A stretch of DNA of 64,000 bases from an uncultured delta proteobacterium (GCA_963810935.1 CAWEPK010000012.1:288001-352000); one strand, 5' to 3'; numbered from the stretch's first letter, positions 21,942 to 32,515 are shown. Notes: a model not told the origin generated them from the sequence alone. Translations and numbers: made by a program.

Positions 21942-22133
21942 ATGGAGGGTATACGCTACGTCACCGACGAAAATGGAGAAAAAGTAGCGGTCCAGATCAG
22001 CCTTAAAAAATTCGGTCAGGTCTGGGAAGATTTCTACGATAGCCTCCTTGCCGCAAGAAGGTCAAAGGAACCGCGGGAATCGTTAGAATCAGTCAGGAGC
22101 CGCCTTAAAAAGCACGGCAAGCTGAATGGCTGA
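21942..22133 (+). CDS. Putative antitoxin of a RelE-type TA pair
   Basis: 'IRYVTDENGEKVAVQI'; overlaps the downstream relE-like gene. Confidence 0.75.
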   Translation: MEGIRYVTDENGEKVAVQISLKKFGQVWEDFYDSLLAARRSKEPRESLESVRSRLKKHGKLNG

Positions 22134-22383
22134 TTATGCCGTCACCTTCGCCCGCAGCGCTCGCAAAGAGCTTGAATCGCTTGAGGGAGAGCTGGTCGAG
22201 CGAGTCTTCCGACGCATTGAAAGTTTAGGCAGGGAACCAAGGCCATCCGGCTGTAAGAAGCTCGTGGGAAACAAGTCGCTGTGGAGGATAAGAATCGGTA
22301 ACTACCGCATAGTTTACGCAATCTACGACAAGCGGCAAACCGTAGACATCGTGGCAATCAGGCATAGGAAGGACGTATATTGA
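22126..22383 (+). CDS. relE: RelE/ParE family toxin
   Basis: 'PRPSGCKKL...WRIRIGNYRIVY...IRHRKDVY'. Confidence 0.9.
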   Translation: MADYAVTFARSARKELESLEGELVERVFRRIESLGREPRPSGCKKLVGNKSLWRIRIGNYRIVYAIYDKRQTVDIVAIRHRKDVY

Positions 22384-22516
22384 GCGAATGGACCCCCTTT
22401 GGGCGCGATTCTTCTTGCAGTCAACGGATACGCACAGCAATGATTGACAGATACAGCAACACCTAAGAAAAGTAGCCTGTCCCCTTTTTCATTCCCTTTT
22501 CATTCCGGCAGGGTTC

Positions 22517-23158
22517 TTAGAAAACTTTTCTAAGGTCTTCGGTCGGTCTAATGTCGGTAATTTGAGTCAGATGGTTCTTGTTGAGATTGTCATTGAATGC
22601 AGCATAGTACTTGATACTGTCGGAGTCTTGCTTCAGTAACGATGCCATGCCTTCGTCTATTGAGACTTGATATGTGAGTTCGTGCCTCTGTCTGTCACCT
22701 CCTGCGAGAAATATAGTGCCTCCTAAATCCTCTGGTTCTAAGGAAAACGCCTGAAGAGGGGAAAGTGGACCCATAACATGGGGATATTCCTTTATCTTCG
22801 GTGGCGTAATGACCTTTTGGCCATTTGCAAATAGCAGCACGAGGGATGGCTTGTCGATGCTTCCATTACCCGCGCCTTTGTTTGTCAAATGAACTATGAC
22901 TTTGAACGTGTGCGGGTATTTAGTGGCATTGTCATCTTTAAGGCCCCTTTTAAAGCGGTCTTCCAAGAATGGAGTCCCGACAATAATCTTTGCCACTTCA
23001 ATTTTAGACATCGTTTGCTGAGACATTAGCTTGGCCATTCGATATGTGAAAAAGGCATAGATGGCAGTGATAACTGCCAAGAGTAGATTTGCATATTCGT
23101 TCAGCAGATCGGCAACCTGTTTTAGCATTTCAATCAATGCTATTTTAAAGACAATCAA
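22517..23158 (-). CDS. Hypothetical protein with N-terminal membrane anchor (AT-rich)
   Basis: 213-aa ORF with TM 'LLLAVITAIYAFFTY'; start uncertain. Confidence 0.6.
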   Translation of the reverse strand: MIVFKIALIEMLKQVADLLNEYANLLLAVITAIYAFFTYRMAKLMSQQTMSKIEVAKIIVGTPFLEDRFKRGLKDDNATKYPHTFKVIVHLTNKGAGNGSIDKPSLVLLFANGQKVITPPKIKEYPHVMGPLSPLQAFSLEPEDLGGTIFLAGGDRQRHELTYQVSIDEGMASLLKQDSDSIKYYAAFNDNLNKNHLTQITDIRPTEDLRKVF

Positions 23159-23424
23159 AGTGTTTGGGAAGAACTTTTTTTTGCAGTGTTCAGTCCTTCC
23201 GCTGGCTTATAGCCGGTAGGCCCCTGGTCGGAGACCTCTGAAAGAGAGGGACGTGATCGCCCACCATGTCTTTTCTCCCCCGGAGGGGTTTGAGGAGACT
23301 ACGGAGACGTTCTTAATTTCTTTCACTTGCTCAGCCACAGAAGATGCCCCTATCAAGTTATAGTGATAATGCTGGAAGGCAAAAGCTCAATTGATGCAAG
23401 CATTTGTAGGTGTGGTCCCTGAAT

Positions 23425-23547
23425 CGGCCGGAGGGATTTTGGATGATAGACGCCGTGACCGAGGAGCCGCCGCGCGGAGCGTACTTCCTTTGTACGTGAG
23501 CACGTGCGGCTTTGAGGGACAGGCGTATAGCGCCAAAAGACCCCGGC
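23425..23547 (+). repeat. Intergenic palindromic repeat family, copy 4
   Basis: cggccggagggatttt ... gccgccgcgcggagcgtac-ttccttt-gtacgtgag ... ccccggcc; closest to copy 2. Confidence 0.75.
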
Positions 23548-23567
23548 CCGGCCACATATAATATATA

Positions 23568-23602
23568 AGTGTTACCGGGCGCCGTGCGCGCCCGGTAACA
23601 CT
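23568..23602 (-). terminator. Hairpin, probable terminator after larA
   Basis: Perfect 15-bp stem agtgttaccgggcgc/gcgcccggtaacact, 5 nt past the larA stop. Confidence 0.6.
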
Positions 23603-23607
23603 CTAAC

Positions 23608-24891
23608 TTATAATATCCTGGGAATTACATTGCCGCCTGATGGGAATATCGCCACATCCGCCTTCGGCATCTTTGCCGCCAGTTTGTCCACCGTCTTTTG
23701 CAGGTTGTTCGAGTATTCCATCCCCATCATCGCCACCTGCTCGGCCGTCAGGCCTTCCGTGACGTGGACGATGCGGCACTTCTCGACGAAGTCCTTGAAG
23801 TGCACGATCTGCATGATGTAGGAGATGCCGAACGGCTTCAGGCTGTCGGCTATGTGCCCGTCCACGAAATCGCGGTGCACCTCGGTGGCGCTCCGGTTGG
23901 CCCCCATCTCCTTAATCAGCGGCAGTATGGGGCCCGCCTCTTTCTGCGCCGCCACCCAGACGACGGTGCCGCCCGACCGCGTAGCTCCGCAGCCCATGTG
24001 CAGCGCCTTCGTGGCCTGCACCCCTATCTCCAGGGGCGCGGCCGAGGTGATCGTGATGTCCGCCTGGTGCGGGAGGTTCATCACGTACAGGGACTCTGCA
24101 AAGCTCGCGCCCGCACGCTGCTCGGCCTCGGGGTTGCCCGCAAAGGCTTTGAGCACCTGCTTCTTCTCGTTCATCACGAAATCGAGCTTGAAAGCCAGCC
24201 TCGACAAGCGCCCTGCGTCCACTATCTCTTCCCAGAACGGGTTGCCGTCGAGCAGGTTGACCTTGCTGTTCCTGTTGCGCATCAGAGCGAAATGGTGCTC
24301 CGCAACCGACCGGTACGAGGCGACGCCCGGCATGATGATTTTATAGCCGCCGCCGTAGCCGGCGGTCGGATGCGGCATGCACTCGCCGACAGCAACGACG
24401 ATGTCGGCCAGCGCCACCTGCCGGTTCAGCTCTACAAGCATGCCCCTGTGGGTCCTGCCTATGGTTATGTTTTCAGGCGACTTCGCGTCATGGCAGAGGA
24501 GCCTGCCCGCAAGGCGGCGCGCGGCCTCCGGCCCTACCTTCCCGGCCAACTGCTCAGCGGAGAGCACGGGGTGCGTGCCGGTCGCGCATACAGCCGTGAT
24601 CCGCCCGTCGGGCACGCCCGCTTTGTTAATCCGGTCCAGCATCTGCGGTATCGCGAGATTTGCCGGGGTCGGTCTCTGGAGGTCGTCGAAGAGCAGCACC
24701 ACGTCCATGCCGGGCTTAACGAGCTCTTCGAGCTTAGGTGAGCCGATGGGGTTGTCCAGCGCCCGCGCCACTTCCGCGGCAGGGTCGGCCGCCACAGGCG
24801 GCGGCGCCTTGTCGGCCTCGCTTATGACGTTCCAGCCGGACGGTATCGTAAAGTCCAGCCGCCTGCCCGAGTAATTTATATAGCATTCCAC
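23608..24891 (-). CDS. larA: Nickel-pincer lactate racemase (LarA) family 2-hydroxyacid racemase/epimerase
   Basis: 'ALDNPIGS', 'DDLQRPTP', 'ATGTHP', 'PHPTAGYGGGYKIIMPG'. Confidence 0.85.
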   Translation of the reverse strand: MECYINYSGRRLDFTIPSGWNVISEADKAPPPVAADPAAEVARALDNPIGSPKLEELVKPGMDVVLLFDDLQRPTPANLAIPQMLDRINKAGVPDGRITAVCATGTHPVLSAEQLAGKVGPEAARRLAGRLLCHDAKSPENITIGRTHRGMLVELNRQVALADIVVAVGECMPHPTAGYGGGYKIIMPGVASYRSVAEHHFALMRNRNSKVNLLDGNPFWEEIVDAGRLSRLAFKLDFVMNEKKQVLKAFAGNPEAEQRAGASFAESLYVMNLPHQADITITSAAPLEIGVQATKALHMGCGATRSGGTVVWVAAQKEAGPILPLIKEMGANRSATEVHRDFVDGHIADSLKPFGISYIMQIVHFKDFVEKCRIVHVTEGLTAEQVAMMGMEYSNNLQKTVDKLAAKMPKADVAIFPSGGNVIPRIL

Positions 24892-24935
24892 CTGAGCGCC
24901 CCCTTATATTTTCTTACACCGAAGCTGTCGGCCGT

Positions 24936-25943
24936 TTATTTCGACTTCGACAGCAGCTTCTTCAGCTCGGCGCCGTTCTTCGGGTTCTTACTGATGATGT
25001 CCTTCCAGCCCTCATCGTAGGCGATTTTCAGGAACTTGTCCCTCTCCGCGGGCGGCAGGGTGATCGTCTCTATCCCTTCTTTCGTCAACAGCGAGTGTTC
25101 CGTCCTGGCCAACGCCTTGTAATACGCGACTACCTCTTTCTCGGCTTCCGCGGTCGCTTCCGTCAGGACATCCTGGAGGTTCTTCGGCAGCTTTTCGAAT
25201 GTCTTGAGGTTCATCACGAGGGGATTCGGACCCGTATAGAACGTGGGCTCCACCATGTACTTCGTCTGCTTCTGCCATCCCCAATCGCGGATGCCGACCT
25301 CGGGCCAGCAATAACCGTCCACTACGTTCCTCTCCAGGGCGATATAGACGTCTGTCGGCGGTATCACCACCGGGTTCCCGCCGAGGCCCTTAATGGCCTG
25401 AAGGTACATGGGCGATACCCGGATGTTGAGCCCCTTCAGGTCCGCCGTCTTTATGGGCTTCTTGAGGAAAAGTTGGAACGGTATCTGTATGCCGAGCCGC
25501 CCTAAATAATAGAGCCCCTGTTTCTTGTGCAGCTCGTTCATGTACGCCCAGGCGCCGTTCGCCCGCTCTTCCGAAGGCGTGTAGTCGGACAGCTTGAGGG
25601 CGTCCACTTCGGGGATGATCGATACGTAGTAGGCGTTCGTTGTGAAGACGAGGTCTACCATGCCCCTCTGCGCGGCCTGCACCTGGTCGGGCGTTTTTAC
25701 CGCCTCCGGCCCGCCGACGAACCGTATCTTGAGCTGGCCGGGCGCCTTTTTCGCTACGACCTTGTCAACCGTATCCGTAAAAATCGTAAACGCCTTGAAC
25801 TCGGTAGCCGTCTTCGGCCACGCGGTCACGGCCTTCAGGACGGTTTCGGCCCGCGCCGGTCCGGCGCCCGTTGTGAGGATGAAGCACGCAAACGCCAGAG
25901 CGATGCCCGCAAGAACCATCTTTCTCATCATCGTTACCTCCAC
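24936..25943 (-). CDS. dctP: TRAP transporter substrate-binding protein
   Basis: Signal peptide; 'GGPEAV', 'DLKGLNIR', 'YIALERNVVDG'. Confidence 0.9.
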   Translation of the reverse strand: MEVTMMRKMVLAGIALAFACFILTTGAGPARAETVLKAVTAWPKTATEFKAFTIFTDTVDKVVAKKAPGQLKIRFVGGPEAVKTPDQVQAAQRGMVDLVFTTNAYYVSIIPEVDALKLSDYTPSEERANGAWAYMNELHKKQGLYYLGRLGIQIPFQLFLKKPIKTADLKGLNIRVSPMYLQAIKGLGGNPVVIPPTDVYIALERNVVDGYCWPEVGIRDWGWQKQTKYMVEPTFYTGPNPLVMNLKTFEKLPKNLQDVLTEATAEAEKEVVAYYKALARTEHSLLTKEGIETITLPPAERDKFLKIAYDEGWKDIISKNPKNGAELKKLLSKSK

Positions 25944-25985
25944 TCTTTTTTTAATCCCTTCATATCGTCCTTAGTAAATCTCCCG

Positions 25986-27308
25986 CTACCTCATCATGCC
26001 CATCAGACTCGGCACGATAGTAGACATCGCCGGAATGCCCAGCACGAGGGCGATGCACACCAGGTCCACCACGGCGAAAGGCAAGGCCGCTTTCCAGATG
26101 TCCGCCATCGTTACCTCAGGCGGCGCTACGCCCTTCATCACGAAGAGGGTAACCCCGAAAGGAGGACAGATCAAGCCCGTCTCCAGAGTGCAGAGCATGA
26201 CTACGCCAAACCAGAGCGGGTCGAATTTGAAGGCATTGATCACCGGCATGAATATGGGTATCGTTATCATCATGATGGCGACCGTCTCCATGAAACAGTC
26301 GAGCAAAAGAATGACGAGGACCATAGCTACCACTATCAGCATCGGCGCTACGTTCAGGTTGATGATGAAATTGGTCAGCCCCGCGGCAGCCCCGGTGAAG
26401 GCGAGTATCTCGCCGTAGGTGCTCGCGGCTATGATGATCATCATTATCATGCCGGTGACCTTCAACGTGGAGACCACCGATTTTCTGAAGGCCTCCCAGG
26501 TAAGCCGCCTGTAGATGATTGCAAGAATGAACGAGCCGAGCGTGCCCGCCGCAGCCGATTCGGTAGGCGTCGCGACGCCCAGGAATATAAGTCCGATGAC
26601 CATGAAGATGATGAAGCCCAGCGGCAGCAGGTAGATCACCGTCACCCTGAGTTTTTCCTTCAAGGGGATGTGGGGCACGTCGTATTCCGGCGCTTCTTCC
26701 GGCTTGAAGTGGACCCGCACCACAACATAGATGAAGTAGAGGGCCGAGAGGACGAGGCCCGGAAGGATGCCCGCTATCAGGAGCTGGCCCACGTCGATGT
26801 TGGCGATGCTCGCGAGAACGACGGTCAGCGCGTTCGGCGGGATCAGCGCATCGACTGTGCCTACGCCCATCAGCGGCCCCAGGCTCATGCTCTTGCTATA
26901 TCCTTTCTTGAGCATGTCCGGGAGGAGAATGGTGCCCAGGAGAGCGCACGTGGCTATCGTGGAGCCGCTGAGGGCTCCGATAATCACTCCCATGATGATG
27001 GCGAGGATGGAAAGCCTCCCTCTGATCTTGCCGAGCCATTTATCGAGCACGTTGACTGCGTCGAGGCCCAGGCCCGAATGGAAGATAATCTCGCCCATGA
27101 AGATGAAGAAAGGCACGGGGAGCAGGGTAAAGGTGCTCGCTGAACTGAACGCCCCCGTCACGACCCCGACGATGCCCGGTATCCCTCCGAGGAAGAACCA
27201 GGCCGCGATCATGTTGACGACGAGGAGAGAAAAGGCGATGGGCAGGCCCGTGAGCAATACGAAGACCATGCCGCCGAAGAGTACGAGAATGATCGTATAC
27301 CATTCCAT
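25986..27308 (-). CDS. dctM: TRAP transporter large permease
   Basis: 'PFFIFMGE', 'LIPPN', 'ATPTESAAAG', 'PPFG'. Confidence 0.92.
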   Translation of the reverse strand: MEWYTIILVLFGGMVFVLLTGLPIAFSLLVVNMIAAWFFLGGIPGIVGVVTGAFSSASTFTLLPVPFFIFMGEIIFHSGLGLDAVNVLDKWLGKIRGRLSILAIIMGVIIGALSGSTIATCALLGTILLPDMLKKGYSKSMSLGPLMGVGTVDALIPPNALTVVLASIANIDVGQLLIAGILPGLVLSALYFIYVVVRVHFKPEEAPEYDVPHIPLKEKLRVTVIYLLPLGFIIFMVIGLIFLGVATPTESAAAGTLGSFILAIIYRRLTWEAFRKSVVSTLKVTGMIMMIIIAASTYGEILAFTGAAAGLTNFIINLNVAPMLIVVAMVLVILLLDCFMETVAIMMITIPIFMPVINAFKFDPLWFGVVMLCTLETGLICPPFGVTLFVMKGVAPPEVTMADIWKAALPFAVVDLVCIALVLGIPAMSTIVPSLMGMMR

Positions 27309-27311
27309 GAC

Positions 27312-27806
27312 TTACCTCGCCGCCCTTAGTTCCGCGAACCTGTTGCACGCCATCCTGAAGAACTGGACGGTAAGCAAGAAGCTGCCCAGCGGTATGATGA
27401 AGAAGATAAGCGCCTTCGGAACAGTGACGGCCCTGACGTCAGTCACGTGATGCTGGATGCATTCGATCGTGTAGAGGGTCCCGAACCAGGTCATTACCGC
27501 GGACGTGAGCCCGCCGACGGTGAACGTGATGGAGTCGAGGGCTTCTTTCTTCTTATCGCTCAAGCGCGAATATATGATGTCGTTGCTTATATGGCCGCCT
27601 TCCCTCAGCAGCCAGGCAGTTACGAGAAAGACTATCCATAACAGGCCGTACTCCGTCGTCTGCATGATCCATATGGTCGTTTGTGTGAAAAGAAAGCGCA
27701 TGAAGATGCTATAGCAAACGGCGGCTACTATCAACACGAGCACTACGCCGGCAACGGCCATCAGCGCGTCCAGAAGCCGATCGAAAACTCTCCAGATGGG
27801 ATTCAT
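27312..27806 (-). CDS. dctQ: TRAP transporter small permease
   Basis: Four TM segments, 'LREGGHI'; ggagg RBS before the ATG at 27806. Confidence 0.85.
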   Translation of the reverse strand: MNPIWRVFDRLLDALMAVAGVVLVLIVAAVCYSIFMRFLFTQTTIWIMQTTEYGLLWIVFLVTAWLLREGGHISNDIIYSRLSDKKKEALDSITFTVGGLTSAVMTWFGTLYTIECIQHHVTDVRAVTVPKALIFFIIPLGSFLLTVQFFRMACNRFAELRAAR

Positions 27807-27915
27807 GACGATGATGCCTCCTTTACTATTCCGGGTGGATTGACGCCGCAGGGGAGGACGGCGCGTGAATGCAACCGACGCCGACATTCCATCTTATAAA
27901 GATAGACCCGGCAAG

Positions 27916-28599
27916 TCAACGCTTCTTTTCCTTCCGCTTCTGCTCGATATCACGGTACGCGTCTTCCTTGAACTGGGCGAGGTGGACCACCACGGCCGCC
28001 CTTATCTCTTCTTCCGCTCCTGCCTCGATGGCCGCGAGTATCCGCCGGTGGCCGTTCAGGGCGCGCTCGGCGCTGCCCGGCCCGTATAACCCTTGCAGCC
28101 TGTACCGCAAGGCGTGCCTTGCAAGCGTTTGTGCAAGCTCCAGAAGGCGCCTGCCGCCGGAGAGGCGTGCTATCGTCTCGTGGAACTGGGCGTCGAGGTC
28201 AACCAGTGCCCCGAGGTCGCCTGCAGAAAGCCGCTCCTGCGCAAGGTCGATATTGGCGTTCAACTCCGCAACGAGGGTCGCTTTCTCCTTTTCAATGGCC
28301 CACTGGATGGCCAGCACCTCGATCAGGCAGCGTATCTCGTATATCTCGGCCGCCTCCTCGCCGCTCACGGTCCTTACCTTATAGCCGACCCGTGGTATGG
28401 ACTCGATGAGGCCTTCCATCTCCAGGTTGTGCAGGGCCTCCCGCACGGGTGTCCGCGACGTGCCGATATCGTGGGCGATGCGCGTCTCGATAAGCCGCTC
28501 GTTCGGGCTGATCTGCCCGTTGAGTATCTGCTCCCGCAGGTGATGGTGCACCTTCCTGCGGATGGTCGGAGTCGCCTCTATGACCAGCTTGCTTTTCAA
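27916..28599 (-). CDS. GntR (FCD) family regulator
   Basis: 'GTSRTPVREALHNLEMEGL', 'DAQFH'. Confidence 0.9.
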   Translation of the reverse strand: MKSKLVIEATPTIRRKVHHHLREQILNGQISPNERLIETRIAHDIGTSRTPVREALHNLEMEGLIESIPRVGYKVRTVSGEEAAEIYEIRCLIEVLAIQWAIEKEKATLVAELNANIDLAQERLSAGDLGALVDLDAQFHETIARLSGGRRLLELAQTLARHALRYRLQGLYGPGSAERALNGHRRILAAIEAGAEEEIRAAVVVHLAQFKEDAYRDIEQKRKEKKR

Positions 28600-28696
28600 G
28601 CAATTACCGGGGCTATCGTCGCCCCCTCCGCGAGCGAAGCTCGCAGAGCCTCCCCCTCATAAAAAGGAAGAAACATTTTGGGCTCGGGGTTTACGT

Positions 28697-29596
28697 TCAT
28701 GCCTTGCAGCCCTTGACCAGGCCCTTCAACAACGCCCATTCTTCATCCACTTCCTTTTGCAGACGGGTGACGTCGGCGGGAGTGAAGTGGCGGAAGCGGC
28801 CCTGGATGCGGGTGTATTCTTCGACCGGGAGCCCCTTCGGCTCGTGCGTGATCCTGTACTCGCTTCCGTCGATCACTTCGTAAAGCGGGAAGATGCGCGT
28901 CTCTACCGCAAGCTGGGCGGCACGCGCGGACATGTGCTCGGGCATGCGCCAGCCTGTAGAGCAGGGGGTGAGCACGTGGAGGAACTTCATGCCCTTCGTC
29001 GCCTTCGCTTTCCTCACCTTCTCTATCAGGTCCTCAGGGTGGCCTATGGAGGCGGTAGCCGCGTACGGCATCCTGTGGGCCGCGATGATCTGCATGAACT
29101 TCTTCTTCCTGCCGCGCCTGCCTCCGGGGGTGGTCATAGTCCAGGTGTTCTGCGGCGTTGAGGAGCTCGACTGGATGCCCGTATTCATATACGCCTCGTT
29201 GTCGAGGCAGACGTAAATAAAATTATCGTTGCGGTCCGCCGCGCCGGAGAGCGATTGCAGGCCGATGTCGAACGTGCCGCCGTCGCCCGCGAAAGTGACC
29301 GTGGTAACATCCTCGCGCCCCTGGAGGTGCAGGGCGGCCGAGATGCCTGATGCCGTAGGCGCTGCGATCTCGAAGGCAGAGTGGAAGCAGGGCACCGCGA
29401 ACGTGCTGTTCGGGTAGGTGGCGCTTATGACGCCCACGCACGAAGGCAGGATCACCATGACCGTTTCCTTGCCAAGCACCTTCAGGACAAGGCGCAGCGT
29501 AGTCGCCTCTCCGCAGCCCGGGCAGGCCATGTGGCCGCACCGCATGTACTCCTGTTCTTCGCTTCGATCCATCTCAGCCACAGCTTCCACAAACAT
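28697..29596 (-). CDS. porB: 2-oxoacid:acceptor oxidoreductase beta subunit (TPP)
   Basis: 'GHMACPGCG', 'GDGGTFDIG', 'DNEAYMNTG'. Confidence 0.9.
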   Translation of the reverse strand: MFVEAVAEMDRSEEQEYMRCGHMACPGCGEATTLRLVLKVLGKETVMVILPSCVGVISATYPNSTFAVPCFHSAFEIAAPTASGISAALHLQGREDVTTVTFAGDGGTFDIGLQSLSGAADRNDNFIYVCLDNEAYMNTGIQSSSSTPQNTWTMTTPGGRRGRKKKFMQIIAAHRMPYAATASIGHPEDLIEKVRKAKATKGMKFLHVLTPCSTGWRMPEHMSARAAQLAVETRIFPLYEVIDGSEYRITHEPKGLPVEEYTRIQGRFRHFTPADVTRLQKEVDEEWALLKGLVKGCKA

Positions 29597-29606
29597 GCTT
29601 ACCCCC

Positions 29607-30755
29607 TTACTTCCTCACAAACGTCGGTCTATCCAGGCGCGATTTGCCGCTCAGGGCGTCCAACGCCATCTGCTCGATCATGTCGGGCGAGACGTCTGCG
29701 CCGCAGATGCCCGCGATGTAGCCCGTGACGACGGGCGGCCGGTCCATACCGTAGAGCGCGCTCTTTAGCTCCTGGCACCAGATGCCGCCGTTGCCCAGCG
29801 AGATATTCCTGTCGATCACGGCCACTTTCGGCACGTTCGCGAGTGCTTCCCTGACCTCTTCGCGCGGGAACGGCCGCAGGGCCTTCAGCTTCAGCAAGCC
29901 GGCGGCTACGCCGTTGGCGCGCATTGCGGCCACGGCCACCCGCGCAGTACTGGTCATGGCGCCGCTGGTGGCGATGACGATCTCGGCGCCGTGCGTATCG
30001 ACCGCCTCGATCGGGCCGTATCCCCTGCCTATGATCTTCTCGTAATCCTCGTTCGCCTCCCGGATGATCGGCCGCGTTGCGTCCATGTCCTCGAAGCTCC
30101 GCTGCCGGTAGCCCATGTACTGCTCCGGGCTGACCACGTTCGATATATACGCCGGCGCATCCGTATCGAAGCGCGTCGGCACGCGGAAAGGCGGCAGGTA
30201 AGCGTCGATTGCCTCCTGGTCGGGTATCTCGACAGGCTCGATGAAGTGCGACGTGAAGAATCCGTCGATGGCGACGAGCACCGGCAGGAGCGCGTTCTCC
30301 GCGATCCTGTAAGCCTGTATCACCGTGTCGAAGGCCTCCTGGGCGTCCTCGCAGTAGAACTGGAGCCAGCCCGTGTCGCGCTGGGAGAGGCTGTCCGATT
30401 GGTCGCTCCCGAAGGCCCAGGGCACAGCCAGCACGCGGTTGACGTTGCACATCACGATGGGCACCCTGTTGCCGGATGCGAAGTGGAGCATCTCGTGCAT
30501 CAGGGCAAGGCCCTGCGACGCAGTGGCGGTGAACGTCCGTACGCCCGTCAGGGAGGCGCTGATGCAGGCGGCCATGGCGGAGTGCTCCGACTCGGTACGC
30601 ATCATCACGCCGGCCAGCTTGCCTTCGTTCTCCATATCGGAGAGCTTCTCGTATATGGGCGTCTGCGGAGTTATGGGGTAGGCGGCAACGAACTGCACCT
30701 TCGCCAACCGCACCGCCTCGGCAACCGCGTAGTTACCTGATATAAGCTGTCTCAT
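29607..30755 (-). CDS. porA: 2-oxoacid:acceptor oxidoreductase alpha subunit
   Basis: 'AYPITPQT', 'ESEHSA', 'TATASQGL'. Confidence 0.9.
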   Translation of the reverse strand: MRQLISGNYAVAEAVRLAKVQFVAAYPITPQTPIYEKLSDMENEGKLAGVMMRTESEHSAMAACISASLTGVRTFTATASQGLALMHEMLHFASGNRVPIVMCNVNRVLAVPWAFGSDQSDSLSQRDTGWLQFYCEDAQEAFDTVIQAYRIAENALLPVLVAIDGFFTSHFIEPVEIPDQEAIDAYLPPFRVPTRFDTDAPAYISNVVSPEQYMGYRQRSFEDMDATRPIIREANEDYEKIIGRGYGPIEAVDTHGAEIVIATSGAMTSTARVAVAAMRANGVAAGLLKLKALRPFPREEVREALANVPKVAVIDRNISLGNGGIWCQELKSALYGMDRPPVVTGYIAGICGADVSPDMIEQMALDALSGKSRLDRPTFVRK

Positions 30756-32515
30756 CGGCCACCTTCCATGCCAATAACGTGTCTAGGGCAGGCGGAGGCG
30801 CACACCCCGCAGCCCTTGCAGTAGTCGCCCCTGACGTCGTACCCGCCCTCCCTGGCTTTGAGAATAGAGACGTCCGGGCAGAGCAGGAAGCAGAGGTCGC
30901 ACGCGGTGCAGGTGCCGCATTTGAAGCAGCGCGAGATTTCCGCCTCGGCCTTTTTGCGGGTCAGCCCGCCCGCGACCTCGGCAAAGGCGTCATCGCCCCG
31001 CGCCCCGTTCGTCATCTTCGGGTTGTCGTTCCGTTTCGCAAAGGGCACGCAGATCGTGTTGAGCTTGTCGTATGTGACGACGTCGGTAAGGTCCACCTTC
31101 GGCCTGTCGGGATATACCAGCGGCTCGAAGGCGAACGCCGGACCTGTGCCTATGCGCAGGGCTTCGTACTCGCGGGCCGCGTCTTTGCCCTCTATATAAC
31201 AATAGATAGCGAGCGCCCCCAGTTTCCCGGAGGCGATGGCGTCCGCTACGAAGGCGCGTGTGCCTGCCGCGTCGCCGCCGGCGAAGACACCCGGAGCGCC
31301 GGTCGCGCCCATTGCGTCTATCCCTATCATACCTCTCGCGCTTGCCGCTACGCCCGACCCGGTGATGAAATCGAGCTCGGGCGCCTGGCCGACCGCCGCA
31401 ATGACGGTATCGACGGGCACCATGAATTCGGAACCGGGGATGGGGACGGGTGTTGCCCTGCCGCCGGCATCCGGCGCACCGAGGGCCATGCGGACGCACT
31501 CAATGGCCTTCACGCGGCCGCCTTCCGCGACTATGCGCTTCGGGGCCGCAAGCAATTCTATCTTTATTCCGTCGCCCTCCATTCCTTCCACATCTTCGGC
31601 AAGGGCGGGCATCTCCGCCTTCGAGCGGCGGTAAAGAACGGTCACATCTTGCGCTCCCAGGCGCTTCGCGGTCCGGCTGCAATCGACAGCCGTATTGCCT
31701 CCGCCTATGACCGCAACGCGCTTGCCGAGGCCGGGCACTTGTTTCATAGCGGCTGCGCGCAGGAAGGCGATCCCCTCCATCACGCCTTTCGCGGCTTCAT
31801 TTTCCACGCCGAGGCCTGCCCCCTTGTGGCTGCCCACGGCCAGGAAGACGGCGTCGTAATCGCGCTTCACGGCGGAGAACGCAAGCAGGGGGCCTTTTCC
31901 TTCCGCCGCAACGTGCGCGTCCGTCTCGATGCTGACCCCGAGCCGCACCAGGCGGCCGATCTCTCTGCGCAGTACCGCCTTGGGAAGCCTGTATTCGGGT
32001 ATCCCGTACATGAGCATCCCGCCGGCTTCCGGCAGGGCCTCGAATATCGTCGCATGGAAGCCGAGGCGCGCGAGGTGGTAGGCGGCTGATAAGCCCGCGG
32101 GCCCGCTGCCGATAATTGCCACCCTTTCCTTCCTGATTGCAGCGGGGCGCGGCAAAGCCACGTGGCCCTGGTCCGCAAGGAACCGCTCGAAACCACGGAT
32201 ATTGATTGCGCTGTCCATTTCCTTCCGGTTGCAGGCGGGCTCGCACGGGTGGTAGCAAACCCTCCCGCAGACGCCCGGCAGCGGGTTCTCTTCCCGGAAG
32301 ACAGCCAGGGCCTCGTCGATGCGCCCCTTCGAGGCCAGGGCGAAGGCCCGGGCGATATCGTTCCCTATCGGGCAGCCCTGCCTGCACGGCGACGTCTTTT
32401 CAACCCAGGCGGGCTTGCCCGCGCTCCATTGGCCGGTCAGGAATATCTCCGTCGATCCCCTCGAAAACGGGATGATCGGCTCGATGTCCTTTATTGTGAT
32501 GTCCCGGTAAGCCAT
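30752..32515 (-). CDS. GltD/NfnB-like FAD/NAD(P) oxidoreductase with C-terminal 2x[4Fe-4S] (PorD-like) domain
   Basis: 'PCRQGCP', 'CGRVCYHPCE', 'GSGPAG', 'GGGNTA', 'CFKCGTCTACDLCFLLCP', 'DYCKGCGVCASACP'. Confidence 0.85.
   Translation of the reverse strand: MAYRDITIKDIEPIIPFSRGSTEIFLTGQWSAGKPAWVEKTSPCRQGCPIGNDIARAFALASKGRIDEALAVFREENPLPGVCGRVCYHPCEPACNRKEMDSAINIRGFERFLADQGHVALPRPAAIRKERVAIIGSGPAGLSAAYHLARLGFHATIFEALPEAGGMLMYGIPEYRLPKAVLRREIGRLVRLGVSIETDAHVAAEGKGPLLAFSAVKRDYDAVFLAVGSHKGAGLGVENEAAKGVMEGIAFLRAAAMKQVPGLGKRVAVIGGGNTAVDCSRTAKRLGAQDVTVLYRRSKAEMPALAEDVEGMEGDGIKIELLAAPKRIVAEGGRVKAIECVRMALGAPDAGGRATPVPIPGSEFMVPVDTVIAAVGQAPELDFITGSGVAASARGMIGIDAMGATGAPGVFAGGDAAGTRAFVADAIASGKLGALAIYCYIEGKDAAREYEALRIGTGPAFAFEPLVYPDRPKVDLTDVVTYDKLNTICVPFAKRNDNPKMTNGARGDDAFAEVAGGLTRKKAEAEISRCFKCGTCTACDLCFLLCPDVSILKAREGGYDVRGDYCKGCGVCASACPRHVIGMEGGR

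Noticed and set aside
25527..27143. Long antisense or alternate-frame ORFs (also 14079-15293, 30779-32089, 46172-47473, 5331-6365)
   Set aside because: These are shadows of well-supported genes, expected from GC-rich codon bias.
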